Numbered from the stretch's first letter, positions 22,641 through 35,215 are shown. The stretch: 64,000 nucleotides of DNA from Lingula anatina (GCA_051362555.1 CM120641.1:32494401-32558400), one strand, 5' to 3'. Program-made: numbers and translations. Notes: generated by a model from the sequence alone, not told the origin.

Positions 22641-24248
22641 TATCTTATCAAAGGAAAGAAAAAATTATACACATGTTTCATTGACTTTTCAAAAGCATTC
22701 GATAGTGTTTGGAGGAACGGACTACTGTTCAAACTAAGTACTCTAGGAATAAGAGGACTTATGTACAAAAACATTAAAAGCATGTATGAAAACTCCCAAG
22801 CATGTGTTAAGACAAGTAGTGGTATATCCCCGGCCTTTAATACAACACTAGGTGTAAAACAAGGTGACACATTGAGCCCGTTTCTTTTTAATATTTTTAT
22901 TGATGACCTTCTAAGATCAATTGATGGCGAAAGTGCTGCAAGTCCAGATATAAACGGAATACCAATACAAGGTTTACTCTATGCTGATGACCTCATCCTT
23001 ATGTCCAAGACCCCCAATGGGCTAAGGCAAAGTTTGGAAATAGTAGAAAATTTCTGTAACAAGTGGAGACTGACTGTAAATGTCACCAAAACTAAAATAG
23101 TTATTTTCAACTCAAAATCAAAAGCTCACAGTGAAAAATTTTTTCTGTATGGAAAACCAATCCAAGAGGTCAACAAATACATGTATCTAGGTCTCCTACT
23201 AAACCGATCAGGAAGCTTTACAGAAACCAAAAATAATCTCCTACAACGTGCTACAAAGGCATTCTTCAGTTTGTCCAAGTCTCTTCCACTTCAGAGTAAT
23301 GTTAACACATCCTTAAAAGAGAAATTATTTGATACCCTCATTTCCCCAATCCTTACATATTGCTCAGAGATATGGGGCTACTCGGTGTCAACGGATAACT
23401 GCCCTACAGAAAAGTTGCACTTAAAATTTTGCAAACAAATCCTTGGCCTCCATCAAAACGTATCAAACTATGGTGTATACACTGAACTTGGCCGCCTTCC
23501 CCTCTATACCAAAATACAGTTTGCATCTGTCAAACTATGGTGTAAAATTATTCAAATGTCTGATGCTACACTAATGAAACAAGCGTACATACAAGAGATA
23601 AATAGTTACAAGTTGCTAACACCCTATGTCCCACCCGCAGTCCACACACTCAGACCAGCTTGTATGTCATGGTCTGAGGGTATTCGAAAAATCCTTTTCA
23701 CATTTGGCCTTGGTGATGTGTGGCTTAGCCAGTCACCTCCAAAAAACTTCACCACAATTTTCAAACAAAGACAAACTGACCACTTTACCCAAATATGCAA
23801 CAGCAAACTTCAAGCCAACAGTAAATTATCTCTCTTCCGTATACTTAACCAAAAGTGTGAAAGGGCAACTTATGTTGATAAAATAACAAATTACGACACC
23901 TTGTCAACCCTTGCTAAACTACGTCTGAGTGACCATAAACTCCACATCGAAACTGGGCGGCACACCAGGCCAAAAACTGAAAGGTGCGACAGAATCTGTC
24001 ACCTGTGCACACAAGGGGTAATTGAGGATGAATACCATTTTATATTCCAATGCCCAATGTACAAAACAGACCGAGTCACCTTTTTCAGTAAAACCTCATT
24101 CCTAAAAGCTGATTCAAGGTCACCAGACAGTCAATTATGCCATGTATTTAACAGTGCCAACAAAGATACTTTAGTGTCCCTCTCCAACTTTATAATCAAA
24201 TCATTCAAGAAAAGAAGTGAAGTGGTTGCTCTGCTTGGTAACTCCTAG
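22641..24248 (+). CDS. LINE ORF2 C-terminal half: reverse transcriptase plus CCHC zinc knuckle (partial)
   Basis: CFIDFSKAFDSV, GVKQGDTLSPFLF, LLYADD, YMYLG, RICHLC..EDEYHFIFQC; no stop from 22641 to 24248. Confidence 0.93.
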   Translation, partial: YLIKGKKKLYTCFIDFSKAFDSVWRNGLLFKLSTLGIRGLMYKNIKSMYENSQACVKTSSGISPAFNTTLGVKQGDTLSPFLFNIFIDDLLRSIDGESAASPDINGIPIQGLLYADDLILMSKTPNGLRQSLEIVENFCNKWRLTVNVTKTKIVIFNSKSKAHSEKFFLYGKPIQEVNKYMYLGLLLNRSGSFTETKNNLLQRATKAFFSLSKSLPLQSNVNTSLKEKLFDTLISPILTYCSEIWGYSVSTDNCPTEKLHLKFCKQILGLHQNVSNYGVYTELGRLPLYTKIQFASVKLWCKIIQMSDATLMKQAYIQEINSYKLLTPYVPPAVHTLRPACMSWSEGIRKILFTFGLGDVWLSQSPPKNFTTIFKQRQTDHFTQICNSKLQANSKLSLFRILNQKCERATYVDKITNYDTLSTLAKLRLSDHKLHIETGRHTRPKTERCDRICHLCTQGVIEDEYHFIFQCPMYKTDRVTFFSKTSFLKADSRSPDSQLCHVFNSANKDTLVSLSNFIIKSFKKRSEVVALLGNS

Positions 24249-24691
24249 CATATCCCTTAAAATGTCAGTGTATGGTGCCACTGTTGTGAGAAGTGACTCG
24301 GCAGTGGGACTGAACATGGCACAATATTTATATCTGTGTAACTTATTTACTTATCTGTCTTATGTAATTGTCATTAATCGTAATTATCAATGTCATCAAA
24401 CTGGCTTTGAACAGCCATGTAAACAGCTATGTAACGGTGGTTTTAAGTTTTTAAAAAAACACATTCTTTTTGTGTAACATGTTTATACTATGTTTATGTT
24501 AAATTTATAATCACACCAAGGTTTATCTCATTGCTTAGATAGAATACTCTATGAGTGATTTTACTAGTACTTATCTTCATTATATAAAGATGGTAGTGCA
24601 CTAACTGTATTGTATCATCATTTGTATATCATATTGTACAAGGTCATGACAATCTATGTACCAGTACAGAAATAAATTGAATTGAATTGAA
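22641..24691 (+). mobile_element. 5'-truncated non-LTR retrotransposon (LINE; RTE-X or CR1/L2-group, clade unresolved)
   Basis: Open RT frame; 3' end AATAAA followed by (TTGAA)3 at 24671-24691; TTGA microhomology at both junctions and no clear TSD. Confidence 0.9.
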
Positions 24692-24713
24692 ATCATTTTT
24701 TGTGTGAAGAATG

Positions 24714-24719
24714 AATAAA
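24714..24719 (+). terminator. Candidate native poly(A) signal of the 379-aa gene
   Basis: AATAAA about 23 nt after the LINE tail. Confidence 0.4.
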
Positions 24720-26762
24720 GTGATGGATTAAAAGAAATATCAGTCAACAAAAACCAATAGCGCCCCTTGTATTCGCACGGTCTGTTGAAAGTCACAACAA
24801 GTCACTTGGCCTTGGGCATGGTGTCAAAAAGTGTACCTGAGAGAGAAGGGGTGAAATCTATCTTCTGAAAATTGCCATCTCAAAAAATGGTTGAATTGCG
24901 TCAATTTTCGTTACAGTTTTAACACATGCTATAGTCGTAAAAATTATTAGAATTCAGAGAAGAAAAATTGGTGCTTGGTTGTTCCTAGAGGTTTGTTCTT
25001 GTTACTATAGTTACCGTCTATTCATTTATCATATTTTATATATCAAGTTCATTTATCATAATTTATTTCGGTATAATTAGATCTTCACGATGACTTTACC
25101 TAGTAGTATTGATTCTATAATGGCTGCGCTAAAACTACATTAAGAATTTAAAAACTGCTTAATCGAAGATAAATATTCAGTCAATATTATAACAAGGCAC
25201 ATAACCAATGCTGTTGCAGACTATGTCGTTTGTGGCTTAGAATATTTTTGTTTACCGCACATGCTAACATAATAAGTCTTATTCTTTGTGTTCAATTCAA
25301 ACGACTTTAAAATATTTGAAACGTTCAATTGCATTTTTGTCAACTTTAGTTTCAGAAGTACCGTGTTTTTAGTATATGGGGTATGTTAGTAAATAATGCA
25401 TTTCATGTGTAGCTTCTTCCGTATACATTTGGCAAACTTTTTCAAACGGCAGTTTCTGGTTTTTCAATGTCCGCCTTATTGGACTTCTTACTTTTACACC
25501 CTATCTTTATTATGTCACGTTAGGCTGTTAACTAGTGCTACATTTATATTTCTTAATTTAAAAAAAAATAATGTGTATGCAGAGTATGCCATTTTTTATT
25601 AGTTTCTTACGTTGTAATGGTTTGCAATTGCATTCTCCAATTCACGTTTGTATTAGCCAGTGCTGGTAACGGCTTTCGTGGCTTCACCAATTTGCCAAAC
25701 GTTTTTTTTTTTTTCATTTTATGTAAAATATGTTAATTGTGCAGAGCGTAATTGTATTAACTTAGTGTTTTTACATATTTTTCTATTCATTTTTTAAATT
25801 TATTTATTTATTTATTTCATTTTTTTAATCACTTTTTTTCTCATTTGCTGTTGAACACAGTCATGCACACGCGTATGTAAAATAAATTGGTTCCTATGGA
25901 AGTTTGGACTTCTCTTCGAGGCCCTTGTAAATTTTATGGAAAAAGAAACTAGATGTCTATAGCATAAAATTTTTACAGTCTAATTAGAGTTATATCTAAA
26001 ACTCAAAACCTTATTTTTCTGATATATGTAAGACATTTACAAAGAGAACTTAACATAGTTTAATGTGAAGCTGAAACATTTTGGATTGTTATCATACATG
26101 ATCTTTACTGAGACAATTTAAACTGGTTTCATCAATAAACATCTATTTGATGTGGAATATACTTAAAATTTTTTTTTAACTAACTGAGAAGTTGAATGAA
26201 TTTTAATAGAATTAATCTTAATCTATGGGCAGGCTCTCTGATTCTAAAGATGTCATTTCTTAACATATGTACATATTTACAAAAACTTATCTTAGTAGCA
26301 AATAATCCGATTCATAAAGTAATTTTATTAAAACAAATGAGAAAGCTTTTCTTAATCTGAAAAAAAACTGCACTTTCAGTGTTAACAGAACAATATAAAC
26401 AAACATGTTATATTAACTTTAAGGATCTACCTTTAAATTAACAACCCTTAATTTGATTTGCTATCTTTGAAAATTTACTACTTGGGGTCCCAGCTCTATG
26501 CAATGTTGTCCTTGACATCCTTGTAATAAAATGTAGGTTTATCTTTACTACATCCATAGTAACAGCACCAGTCTTGGTTGCCTTGACAACTTTGTATTTT
26601 GGAATATGCCAAGCCTTGTCTGTGAAAGAAGCCAAAACATTACACAACGTATACATAAAGTACTAATACTGGCATAATTAAATATCACCGTCTAAATAAC
26701 GCCAATTAACAACTCATAGGTACCAGTCCATTGCTAGTATGGTTTTCAAAATTGTTTCTATT

Positions 26763-29700
26763 TCATTCAATGTTGACTGTACTGCTGCAGCAGTCCCCAG
26801 CCTCATTGACCTGCTCTGGTCCTGCTTTAATAACACCTTCATCCGACTCACTGACTTTATATTTTCTATCGCTGGCCTTAAAACAGAATGGACTCCAGCT
26901 CTGGCTGTTGCCTCCACACTGTGATGTATGAGAACTGGGACAAACTAAGAATTCGCTGCTCCTGTGACAGCTGTCAATACACTGAGGCAAGTAAGGAGTG
27001 CTGCTGGAGATGGTCGTGGTAATGGACAGCACCTCGTGCATGCTGGGATAGCCACTGAGGTCAGTGCCCTCAAAGAAACTGGACAAAGCGAGGTCAGTGT
27101 CATTGCTTCCCTCCATCACTGGGCAGCCTGGACCAGAAGCAACCAAGGAATCGGTTCCCAAACTGTGGACTAGAGATCTGGCAGAGGGGTCAGTATCACA
27201 TGAAATGGCAGCTGCCACAAATGGTTTTGGACTTTGCTCTCTTGTGATTTCTTTCTCTTGGGATCTGGTCATGACAGCTTTGGTGTCAGATGGAACTTCA
27301 CTTTCTGTCAATAAGAGACTAGGCTCGACAATGCCTCCACCCTGAGAGAGGTCCCATTCTTTGCCAGGTGATGATTCCACTGGGTAGGCAGGTACCTTGC
27401 TGCCAGGGGAATGGAGGTCGACCTTGGTATCAAGCTCTGGGCCATCCAGGTCATAGCAGCCCTCAATACTGTCATCACTGTAGTATGACTTCTCACTCAG
27501 AGAGTCCTCAGATAACACTGACCTGGCCATGAAATCCACACTATTTCTAGACATCAGGTCTCTGTGATCTTCCACTATGGGTGACATCAAGAGCTGAGGA
27601 GGCTTCTCTTGTTCCAGTGGCTGGGTGAATACACAGTCCGAATCCAGACTGTCATAAGACATGGACATCTGATCTGAAGACTCAACTCTTGGTGCTGACA
27701 GGCAGCTGAGATTCAAACTGTTTGTAACATCTCCACCATTGTCCTGGTTATTGTCCTGTGACTGGCCACTGCTGGAAGAGTAGATGACCTGCCTCTGTGA
27801 CTGACCACCATGACTATCCATCCCCCAGCGACCTGGATCTGGACACAAGTATGTGCTGTGTTGCATTAGTTGTGGCATTGTGTTGTGTGAGACATTAGAG
27901 TCTTTGGGGGCATTGCTTTCCTTTGGTGACACTGGCAATAATCCAGGTATTTCTGAAGTTGCATTCCGCTGAAATGGTTCATTCTGTGCATTGGGCATAA
28001 TGCTACTTGACAACCTTGGTGAACTGGTGCACACAAGATGATTGCCATAATCTGATCCCCCATCTGTGGCTACATGAAAGAAGCTCGGTGGAATCCACAT
28101 TGGTGAATCCCCAACAGGACTATTTGTATATATGCCAGAGTCTGGCCTGTGGGAGCTGGGGCTTTGCTCAGTAGCAGAGTTTTGAAGTGGTAGAGATGTT
28201 GGTTTCTGTGCTGTCCTGGTTGCCCAGGGTTCTGCTTCTTTAAAAAAATGATTAGTGGCTGGTGCCCGATGTGACACTGGTGAGGCTGGACCCATAGGGG
28301 ACGTAGAATCATGCAGGTAGAAAGAATCACTTAGTTTGACCCCTTCCATGTGTGTCTTCATATGCTGTGGGTCTGACTTCTTCAGTGCTTGCTCCTCCAC
28401 TGGTTCTTCATGCAGAAAGTAGCCATCCTTGGCAGTATCACCAAAGCCAGAAAAGGGTTGTACTATCACAGGTTCTTGTTTCATGGAGCATTCTGTCTCA
28501 CGGAGCCAACTGTCAATATCATGGGGGTCCCAAGTCTCTTCATGGATATCACTCAGAACTCTGTCAAGATTTGGTTTTTTCTCATTTCTGGAGATGCTGG
28601 ATGGCAGCGTGAGGCTGTCCACACTAGCTTCAAGGGAATCACACTCAGAGAGGCCACTACCATAATTCCCTTCATCTTCATCTTCTGAATTACAGGCACT
28701 GGCCTTTACGTCTTTCAGCTCCAATACGATAGGGACCTCAGAACTAGGACTCATCCTCCATGTTGTACAATCTGATGGGAGAGTTTCTGCAAAAGTTGTA
28801 CATTGGGGTGCAGGTGGCTCCATCTGTGGCAATGCTGTGAGACTAGACTGAGATTGATCACCAATGCTCCTAATGTTCTCAGCTGCTACAACTGCAGTGT
28901 CTCTTAAACATGGGAGCACATCAGCAATACCTTCTTGGCTTAAATGGGCTTCTTCCACAGCTGCTATGTGAAAAGGCATATCTACAAAGCTCCAGTCTTG
29001 GACAGAGTTTTCAGAACTCTCTTGAATTCCAGGTTTCCTGACTACATGGAACGGTCTAATACTTCTGTCTTTGTCTAAATTTACACCTGTATGGATTTGA
29101 TCACATGCATCTATAGGTGATTCAATGCAACCAGTACCAGAGCCATCTGAGTTTGACCTCACCAGCTGGACATCATTAGAATGAGCTCCTGATGAAGAAT
29201 GATTTTCGGTTTCCAAATGGAAACTTGTCAGTTTCTCACAAAGTTCTGATATCATGAAATCTCCTGCTTCTTCTTCTTCTTGATGATCATTAACAGTTGG
29301 GACTTCAATAAGTTTCTCAATATTGTCATTACAATCTAGCAGCAGCTGAGGCCCATTAAAACAGACTGCATAGTCAGACCACTGTCCAGTAACATCAGGT
29401 TGTGAGGCTAACCTGTACATTTTTGTGTCGCACTCAAACTCATGTAATTCTTCACAGCTGGGCACTTCATCTGTAGTTCCTACCACAGTATCATGATCAG
29501 CACTCACTGATAATGGTTGTCTTGAACTTACAAGAGACATCGGAAGAAATGGGGCATCTAGCCCTGACAAGGATTCTGGCTGTTGCTCTGTGATAATGTC
29601 AATCAATTCTTCACAGTCAATTTTTTCACAAGAATGACACATGCATTCCCTGGAATCAGTCATTGACACTTCTGGACTAGTTTGAAGAATGTTGTTGCCA

Positions 29701-30158
29701 TCTTCAAAACAAGGGATTAAGTAATCATCGCCACCAGGTGATTTTTCATACTGAGATGGGTCTTTGCTACTGTCAGAAAACTTTCTGTCAACTAGAGGGT
29801 TGTCAACCAAAGCTGTGTCCCCCACTCCACTATCGATATTGACACTTGGTGTCTGCACACATAACTCTTTCACAAAAGGCACCATTTCAACACAGAACAC
29901 ACGGCTCTGCCCTGTTCTTTCATCAAAAATCTGCTGGGATAAGGCACCTGCATCCTCATCAAAATCATCATGTAAAGATGCACTGAAACCTTCCTTGCCT
30001 TTAGCCTTCTTTGGAAAATTTTTCCTGAATTTTCTTTTCATACTCAGCACCCTTGCCCTTCTGTCCATATTTGGCATTGTACCTTCAGCAGGACGATCAG
30101 TTGACCGCTCAGTGTAATCGATCAAACAATCCTTGGACAGTATCTGGAAGTCAGTGAC
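26763..30158 (-). CDS. TDRKH: 3.4-kb terminal exon of TDRKH: 1131-aa acidic Ser/Asp/Glu-rich extension (long isoform) or 3' UTR (short isoform)
   Basis: TTTTCTTTTCAG acceptor at 30159; uninterrupted ORF to the stop at 26763; in frame with the 31032 donor. Confidence 0.8.
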   Translation of the reverse strand, partial: VTDFQILSKDCLIDYTERSTDRPAEGTMPNMDRRARVLSMKRKFRKNFPKKAKGKEGFSASLHDDFDEDAGALSQQIFDERTGQSRVFCVEMVPFVKELCVQTPSVNIDSGVGDTALVDNPLVDRKFSDSSKDPSQYEKSPGGDDYLIPCFEDGNNILQTSPEVSMTDSRECMCHSCEKIDCEELIDIITEQQPESLSGLDAPFLPMSLVSSRQPLSVSADHDTVVGTTDEVPSCEELHEFECDTKMYRLASQPDVTGQWSDYAVCFNGPQLLLDCNDNIEKLIEVPTVNDHQEEEEAGDFMISELCEKLTSFHLETENHSSSGAHSNDVQLVRSNSDGSGTGCIESPIDACDQIHTGVNLDKDRSIRPFHVVRKPGIQESSENSVQDWSFVDMPFHIAAVEEAHLSQEGIADVLPCLRDTAVVAAENIRSIGDQSQSSLTALPQMEPPAPQCTTFAETLPSDCTTWRMSPSSEVPIVLELKDVKASACNSEDEDEGNYGSGLSECDSLEASVDSLTLPSSISRNEKKPNLDRVLSDIHEETWDPHDIDSWLRETECSMKQEPVIVQPFSGFGDTAKDGYFLHEEPVEEQALKKSDPQHMKTHMEGVKLSDSFYLHDSTSPMGPASPVSHRAPATNHFFKEAEPWATRTAQKPTSLPLQNSATEQSPSSHRPDSGIYTNSPVGDSPMWIPPSFFHVATDGGSDYGNHLVCTSSPRLSSSIMPNAQNEPFQRNATSEIPGLLPVSPKESNAPKDSNVSHNTMPQLMQHSTYLCPDPGRWGMDSHGGQSQRQVIYSSSSGQSQDNNQDNGGDVTNSLNLSCLSAPRVESSDQMSMSYDSLDSDCVFTQPLEQEKPPQLLMSPIVEDHRDLMSRNSVDFMARSVLSEDSLSEKSYYSDDSIEGCYDLDGPELDTKVDLHSPGSKVPAYPVESSPGKEWDLSQGGGIVEPSLLLTESEVPSDTKAVMTRSQEKEITREQSPKPFVAAAISCDTDPSARSLVHSLGTDSLVASGPGCPVMEGSNDTDLALSSFFEGTDLSGYPSMHEVLSITTTISSSTPYLPQCIDSCHRSSEFLVCPSSHTSQCGGNSQSWSPFCFKASDRKYKVSESDEGVIKAGPEQVNEAGDCCSSTVNIE

Positions 30159-31012
30159 CTGAAAAGAAAAATTATTATTTATATATAATCTCAACAAATG
30201 TTATAACCTAAAATTTGTAATAATGCAGATAACATAACTGTGCACAAGCTAAAAGCTTCATAAATGATACTGCAATGCATATTTTTCAGCACACAGTCAG
30301 CACAATTAGTAATGCGAAACGCTTCAAATAAGATGAAGAAAACTTTTTAAGTCTATAACCACAATGCTTTTCCTTTTAATATTCACAGAAATTGGTGCAG
30401 TGCAGAAACAGTCTAAAACAGGGGATGGGATAACAGTTACAGGAGGATACAGACAAAGAGTCTGATTTTTAAAGGCATTTTGTTAATCCAAAAAGGGAGA
30501 ATAAGATAATTTTTGCAAACTGGGAGATGAAATATAAGATTAAGTTGACTGGGATTTGAAAAGTGCCTGTGGCTATTGAGCATTATCACTTCAATCCTAA
30601 CATTTGTAAGGTTTGCAAAGTGGCAAATTATACACCACAAAATAATATCATGGTCCTTTTCTAGTTAGTTTGTTTTTTTTTTTACATGGTAATTCATATA
30701 CAAAAATAAATGAATGAAATGATAATAATATTGATAATGCAGTCCAAAATCATTAAAAGCAGCATAGCATCTCATGGCATCAAAAATACTAAAACAAACT
30801 TCTCTTTTAAAAATTCTCTTTAAACATCAGGCTTCATCCAATATAATATATATATTCATCTATAAAGGCAAAACTCTCCCCAACTGTCAAGCCTGTGGAG
30901 AAAAGGTTTCAGCCAAAATCAACAGTGACATGCTTTGAGAAGCAGTTACATCCAACACAAACCCCTCTTCCCCATGCACTGTTAGTAAGAACAAAGAAAG
31001 GCATGCACTCAC

Positions 31013-31130
31013 TTGCCCCAGCTTGGGGTACCTGTTTCCTGTGCAGGGGGTCCCTTGCCTTTCTCCCTGCCACCCTGCCAGTCCTCACTGCAAAGCCACG
31101 CTTGATCAACTCCTCACCTATATCTATATC
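31013..31130 (-). CDS. TDRKH: TDRKH exon DIDIGEELIKRGFAV... with two donors (exon end 31032 or 31013)
   Basis: End of the extended Tudor-SN fold (DIGEEL..RGFA); donors CAG/GTACCC and CAA/GTGAGT. Confidence 0.88.
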
Positions 31131-31474
31131 CTACAAGATGGGAACAAATAAGCATTTTGATTAATCAAGTTGTAGTACAAATTTAAAAATGAAAATTTAA
31201 TATCATATGGGCCACTCACATACAGTAGATGGTAAAACTCAAAATTCTGGAGTCTTCATAAGGACACTGAACTCACAGCCACTGTTGTCATGTGACAGTC
31301 AGGAGTTTAAGGAATGTAGATAAAAATGGCAGAGCTCAAACCATTTACCATATCATGTGAGTGTTCTGTATGAGATTTTTATCTTCATTTTTTACTTGAT
31401 CGTTAATCAGTACATTTAAGGGCATGTTTAAAAGTAAAACTGCTGCTGCAATAAAACTGGGTCTGCCAGGATAC

Positions 31475-31641
31475 CTGTTCTGAGTTAGTATCCACGAACT
31501 CCAGACTTGGAATAGAGGTCCCAGTGTCCGTTGGCAACAGTTCCGTGGCTCTAGCATTGAGCACTTTCCACTGGGCACAGTAGGTCAGGGTTTCAAAGGC
31601 ATCCACTGCCTGGTCAGACCACCTTGTTTGGCCACTGTCAT
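31475..31641 (-). CDS. TDRKH: TDRKH exon (WSDQAVDAFETLTYCAQWKVL)
   Basis: Matches the WS..A.D.F..LT.CA.WK segment of TDRKH/Papi; phase 1-0. Confidence 0.92.
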
Positions 31642-31707
31642 CTGCAATTATAGGACATCAACTTTAAAGGCATGCTATAAACATTACACTTTTATATAGC
31701 AAAAAAA

Positions 31708-32317
31708 AACAAGGCAGCAAAGCTGTCAAATGTACAGACAAAAAACAGAAAATAATGATGCAAAATAGGTCATTTTGCCAATTTTGATGCAATAATAAAT
31801 AATGCTTATAATAGCACTGTTAGTCAACACTGAATTTTAATCATGCACAACAGGTAACATGGTCAATAACAGGAGCTGACCCAGAGATATTTTCTGACAG
31901 TATTCCAAAGTATCTTTGTTGATCCATCCTCTATTTTGATGATCTTCCAACAGAAAAAAAAAATAAATATCAGTCAATATAAACTTAAAAACCGAACGTC
32001 TTCCGGAAGCTGACCCAGAAGATGGTCTCAATCCATCCCTTCAATAAGATTACAGTATCAGGACCATGAGAGACCAAAGTCACATGATGAAAGTCTCAAT
32101 ATTTGAAAAATGATGACAGTGCATAAAATAATATTACATAATGTTTGAAAACATAAATAACATACAACTGCTTATGTGGAAATACAGAAAATGTGCAGAA
32201 CTTCAGGCGGTTAAATATCACAAATGCAAGTGTTTGAGAAAAAAGTTATTAAGGAAAATAAACAAAACTAGAAAAGCACTCCGAGAGTGCAGACCTCTGC
32301 CCAGGCAGCAATTGTTG

Positions 32318-32362
<45 letters not shown>

Positions 32363-35174
32363 TACCTGCATAATTTACCTCCATAATTATCACTGCTTCC
32401 TTATTATTAATCTAGCAGAGAGCTTAACCTTTGGGAGTTTACAGGGAGATATCAACAAGTGTGCTTTATGTAATCTCAAATCACAAGTGTGCTTTATGTA
32501 GCCTATCAATTAGGCAAATTACTTTATAACTGAAATTAGCGAAGTGATACCCAAGGGAAATTTATAGACTGACCCTCTCAAAGGTCTTTCAGGCCCATAA
32601 GTCACAACTTAAGAAGAGCACAAAACAATAATGCACAAAATAGGAGACTACCACTTCTGATGCAATAATACATTATGTTTAACTGCACAGTCAACATCAA
32701 ATTGTAATTTTGCACAACAGGTAACACCGACGAAAGTAAAAGCATAAGGCTTCAGGCCCATCAGAGTTCAAGTTTATACTTAGAAAGTGCCAGAATGAGA
32801 AAAATGAAATTTCACACAAAATTGCATTAAATTCAATAATAAATGATAACCCAATTGACCTGGCTTTCTAATTTGAACTGCATGCCAATCCTAAAAATCA
32901 TACTCTTAAGTTAAATATAATAATAAATAACACAGTTTTCTTTTCATAATGTTTGCAGTAGCAGTGCAAAAAGATTATTGTCAATTTTGATGTAACATTA
33001 CATAATAAATTATAGAATAATTATCACCAATTTTTGATTATTGACTATAAATAGCATGAACATGTAGAAAATTTGATTACCATCCGGCTTCATGTCCATG
33101 GGAGCTCCGAGTCCCACAATGAATATGCCAAAAAGATAATGAATATTTCACTAAAATGTATAACTTCCAGAAAAAGAAGCCCATTAGACTGCTTTTCCAA
33201 CTTGGGCTGCATTTTAGTCCTGTGTATCTTTTTTTGAAAGTTTGACAATCATAAGTAACACGGTTTTCCCATCATGGTCATCATGGCAGATGTGGATGAT
33301 TGAATCTGACAAACTGCAATGATATGAGTTTATTTCCGTTTTGGACACTTGATTACACAATACATGATAACAAGTTTACCATCATTTTTACATAATCAAC
33401 TAATAATGTTGTAAAGATGCAGGAAATATCAAACAAACACGTTTACGTATCTTATTAGTTCAATAATGAGACTGTTAACATGCCTAAGAATTGAATCTGA
33501 GGAAATTTGAAAAAACAGTACAACTTCTAAAATAATGGCCCGATAACGCTGATTTTCGAACTCAACCTGCATTTTTGTAAGATTGACCACTCCTGTGAGT
33601 ATAATGACAATTGGCTAAGCTGTTTTTCTTATATTGTGTTATTAATGTTGCATATATGTTGAAAAAAGTGAAAAAACAGCATAAAAAAATTAAAAGAAAA
33701 TGTAAAATAAAACATAACAAAAAATACCAATAAAGCTGCTATTCAAACTTTTAATCTAGCTGTACAATTACTAACATGATATGAATAACCCTATTGAGTT
33801 TGAGAATAATAAGGCACTGTTATTCATCTTTAGCATTAATGTAAGCGTTACACAAAATTTTTTTTGTAAACTTATTTTCCATATTAAATAACATTTACCT
33901 GCATAATAATCATAGATTCCTAATTATGTGACACAGTTAAGAAAGCTAAACCGATGGGACTTTACAATGAAATCTCAATGTGTGTTTATGTAATCTCATT
34001 TAATACCCACTTGAAAATTAATTAAGCAAATTATTTTATAACCCTGAAATAACTTGAAAATCAATTAAGCAAATTATTTTATAACCCTGAATTAACTGCC
34101 TACTATCCATATACATTTATTGCACCAAATAGCACTGTACTGCATTGCTTTCAAAACAGAAAACAATTACGATGGTTTTCCAACACAAGCTGCACTTCAG
34201 TCTTTTCAGTAAGGTTGATTATCATAAGTAACATGGTTTTCCCTTAATCGCTATCCTGGCAGCAGTATCCAAAATAGGGTTTTCTTTAACTTTCATGCAA
34301 TATAACATAATACTTAACAGCATAATGACCATCAAATTTTTTATAAAAAAATAAAAGTATCATGGATATTCAGAAAATGTGATATGGAAAGGTCTCCAAG
34401 GACATGGAAGTTAGGGTCACACTTTCAAAATGCCAAAATGTTAACAAGAGATAACTGTACTGAAATGATTTTCTTTCCATTTTCAACACCTTTTTTACAT
34501 AAAACCATCATCAATTAACTGTCATTTTTAAATGATCAACTAGGAAAATTGCTGACATAGGAAAAATATCAATAGAACAATTTATAATGTCCAATTAGCT
34601 CCATTTGGAGATTCTGAACATAGTGAATGATTGAATCTGACGAACTGCAATGATGAGTTCCTTTCCATTTTTGATACTTTATTACGCAATGCAGGATAAT
34701 AAGTTTACCGTCATTTTTATATAATCAACTAACAATATTGTTAAGAAGCAGAAAATGTTAAAACAACACTTTAACATATCCAATTAGTACCGTTATGAGA
34801 CTGTTAACATGCTTAAGAATTAAATCTGAAGAAAAACCACTTATATACAAAAAGGCTAATAACTTCATCAAAACTTAACTGATCAAGCTTATTTTCAAAC
34901 TTGATCTGTATACTGGTCAGATTGATCACTCCTGTGAGTTGCAAGACAAAAGGCTGATTGGTTTTCCTTAAAATACGTTATCAGTGTTGCATGTATGCTG
35001 AATAAAGGGGAAAAAACAGCATTACTTTTGTAAAAATAGTCCAATCATGCCAATTTTCAAACTTGACCTGCGTATTATAAATATTCACCAGTTCTGTAAA
35101 TTTCAATCCAAGGAAAGGAAATACATTTTTACACTTATCATGTTATCAGTGTTATAAAAGTGCTGAAAAAATTG

Positions 35175-35215
<41 letters not shown>

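Noticed and set aside
26714-26917. Alternative-frame ORF with a helical-looking C-terminus at the end of the large TDRKH exon
   Set aside because: Stop just upstream in that frame and no convincing intron; main frame is continuous
26964-30117. Plus-strand ORFs opposite the large TDRKH exon
   Set aside because: Antisense shadows of a long coding exon with no splice or start support
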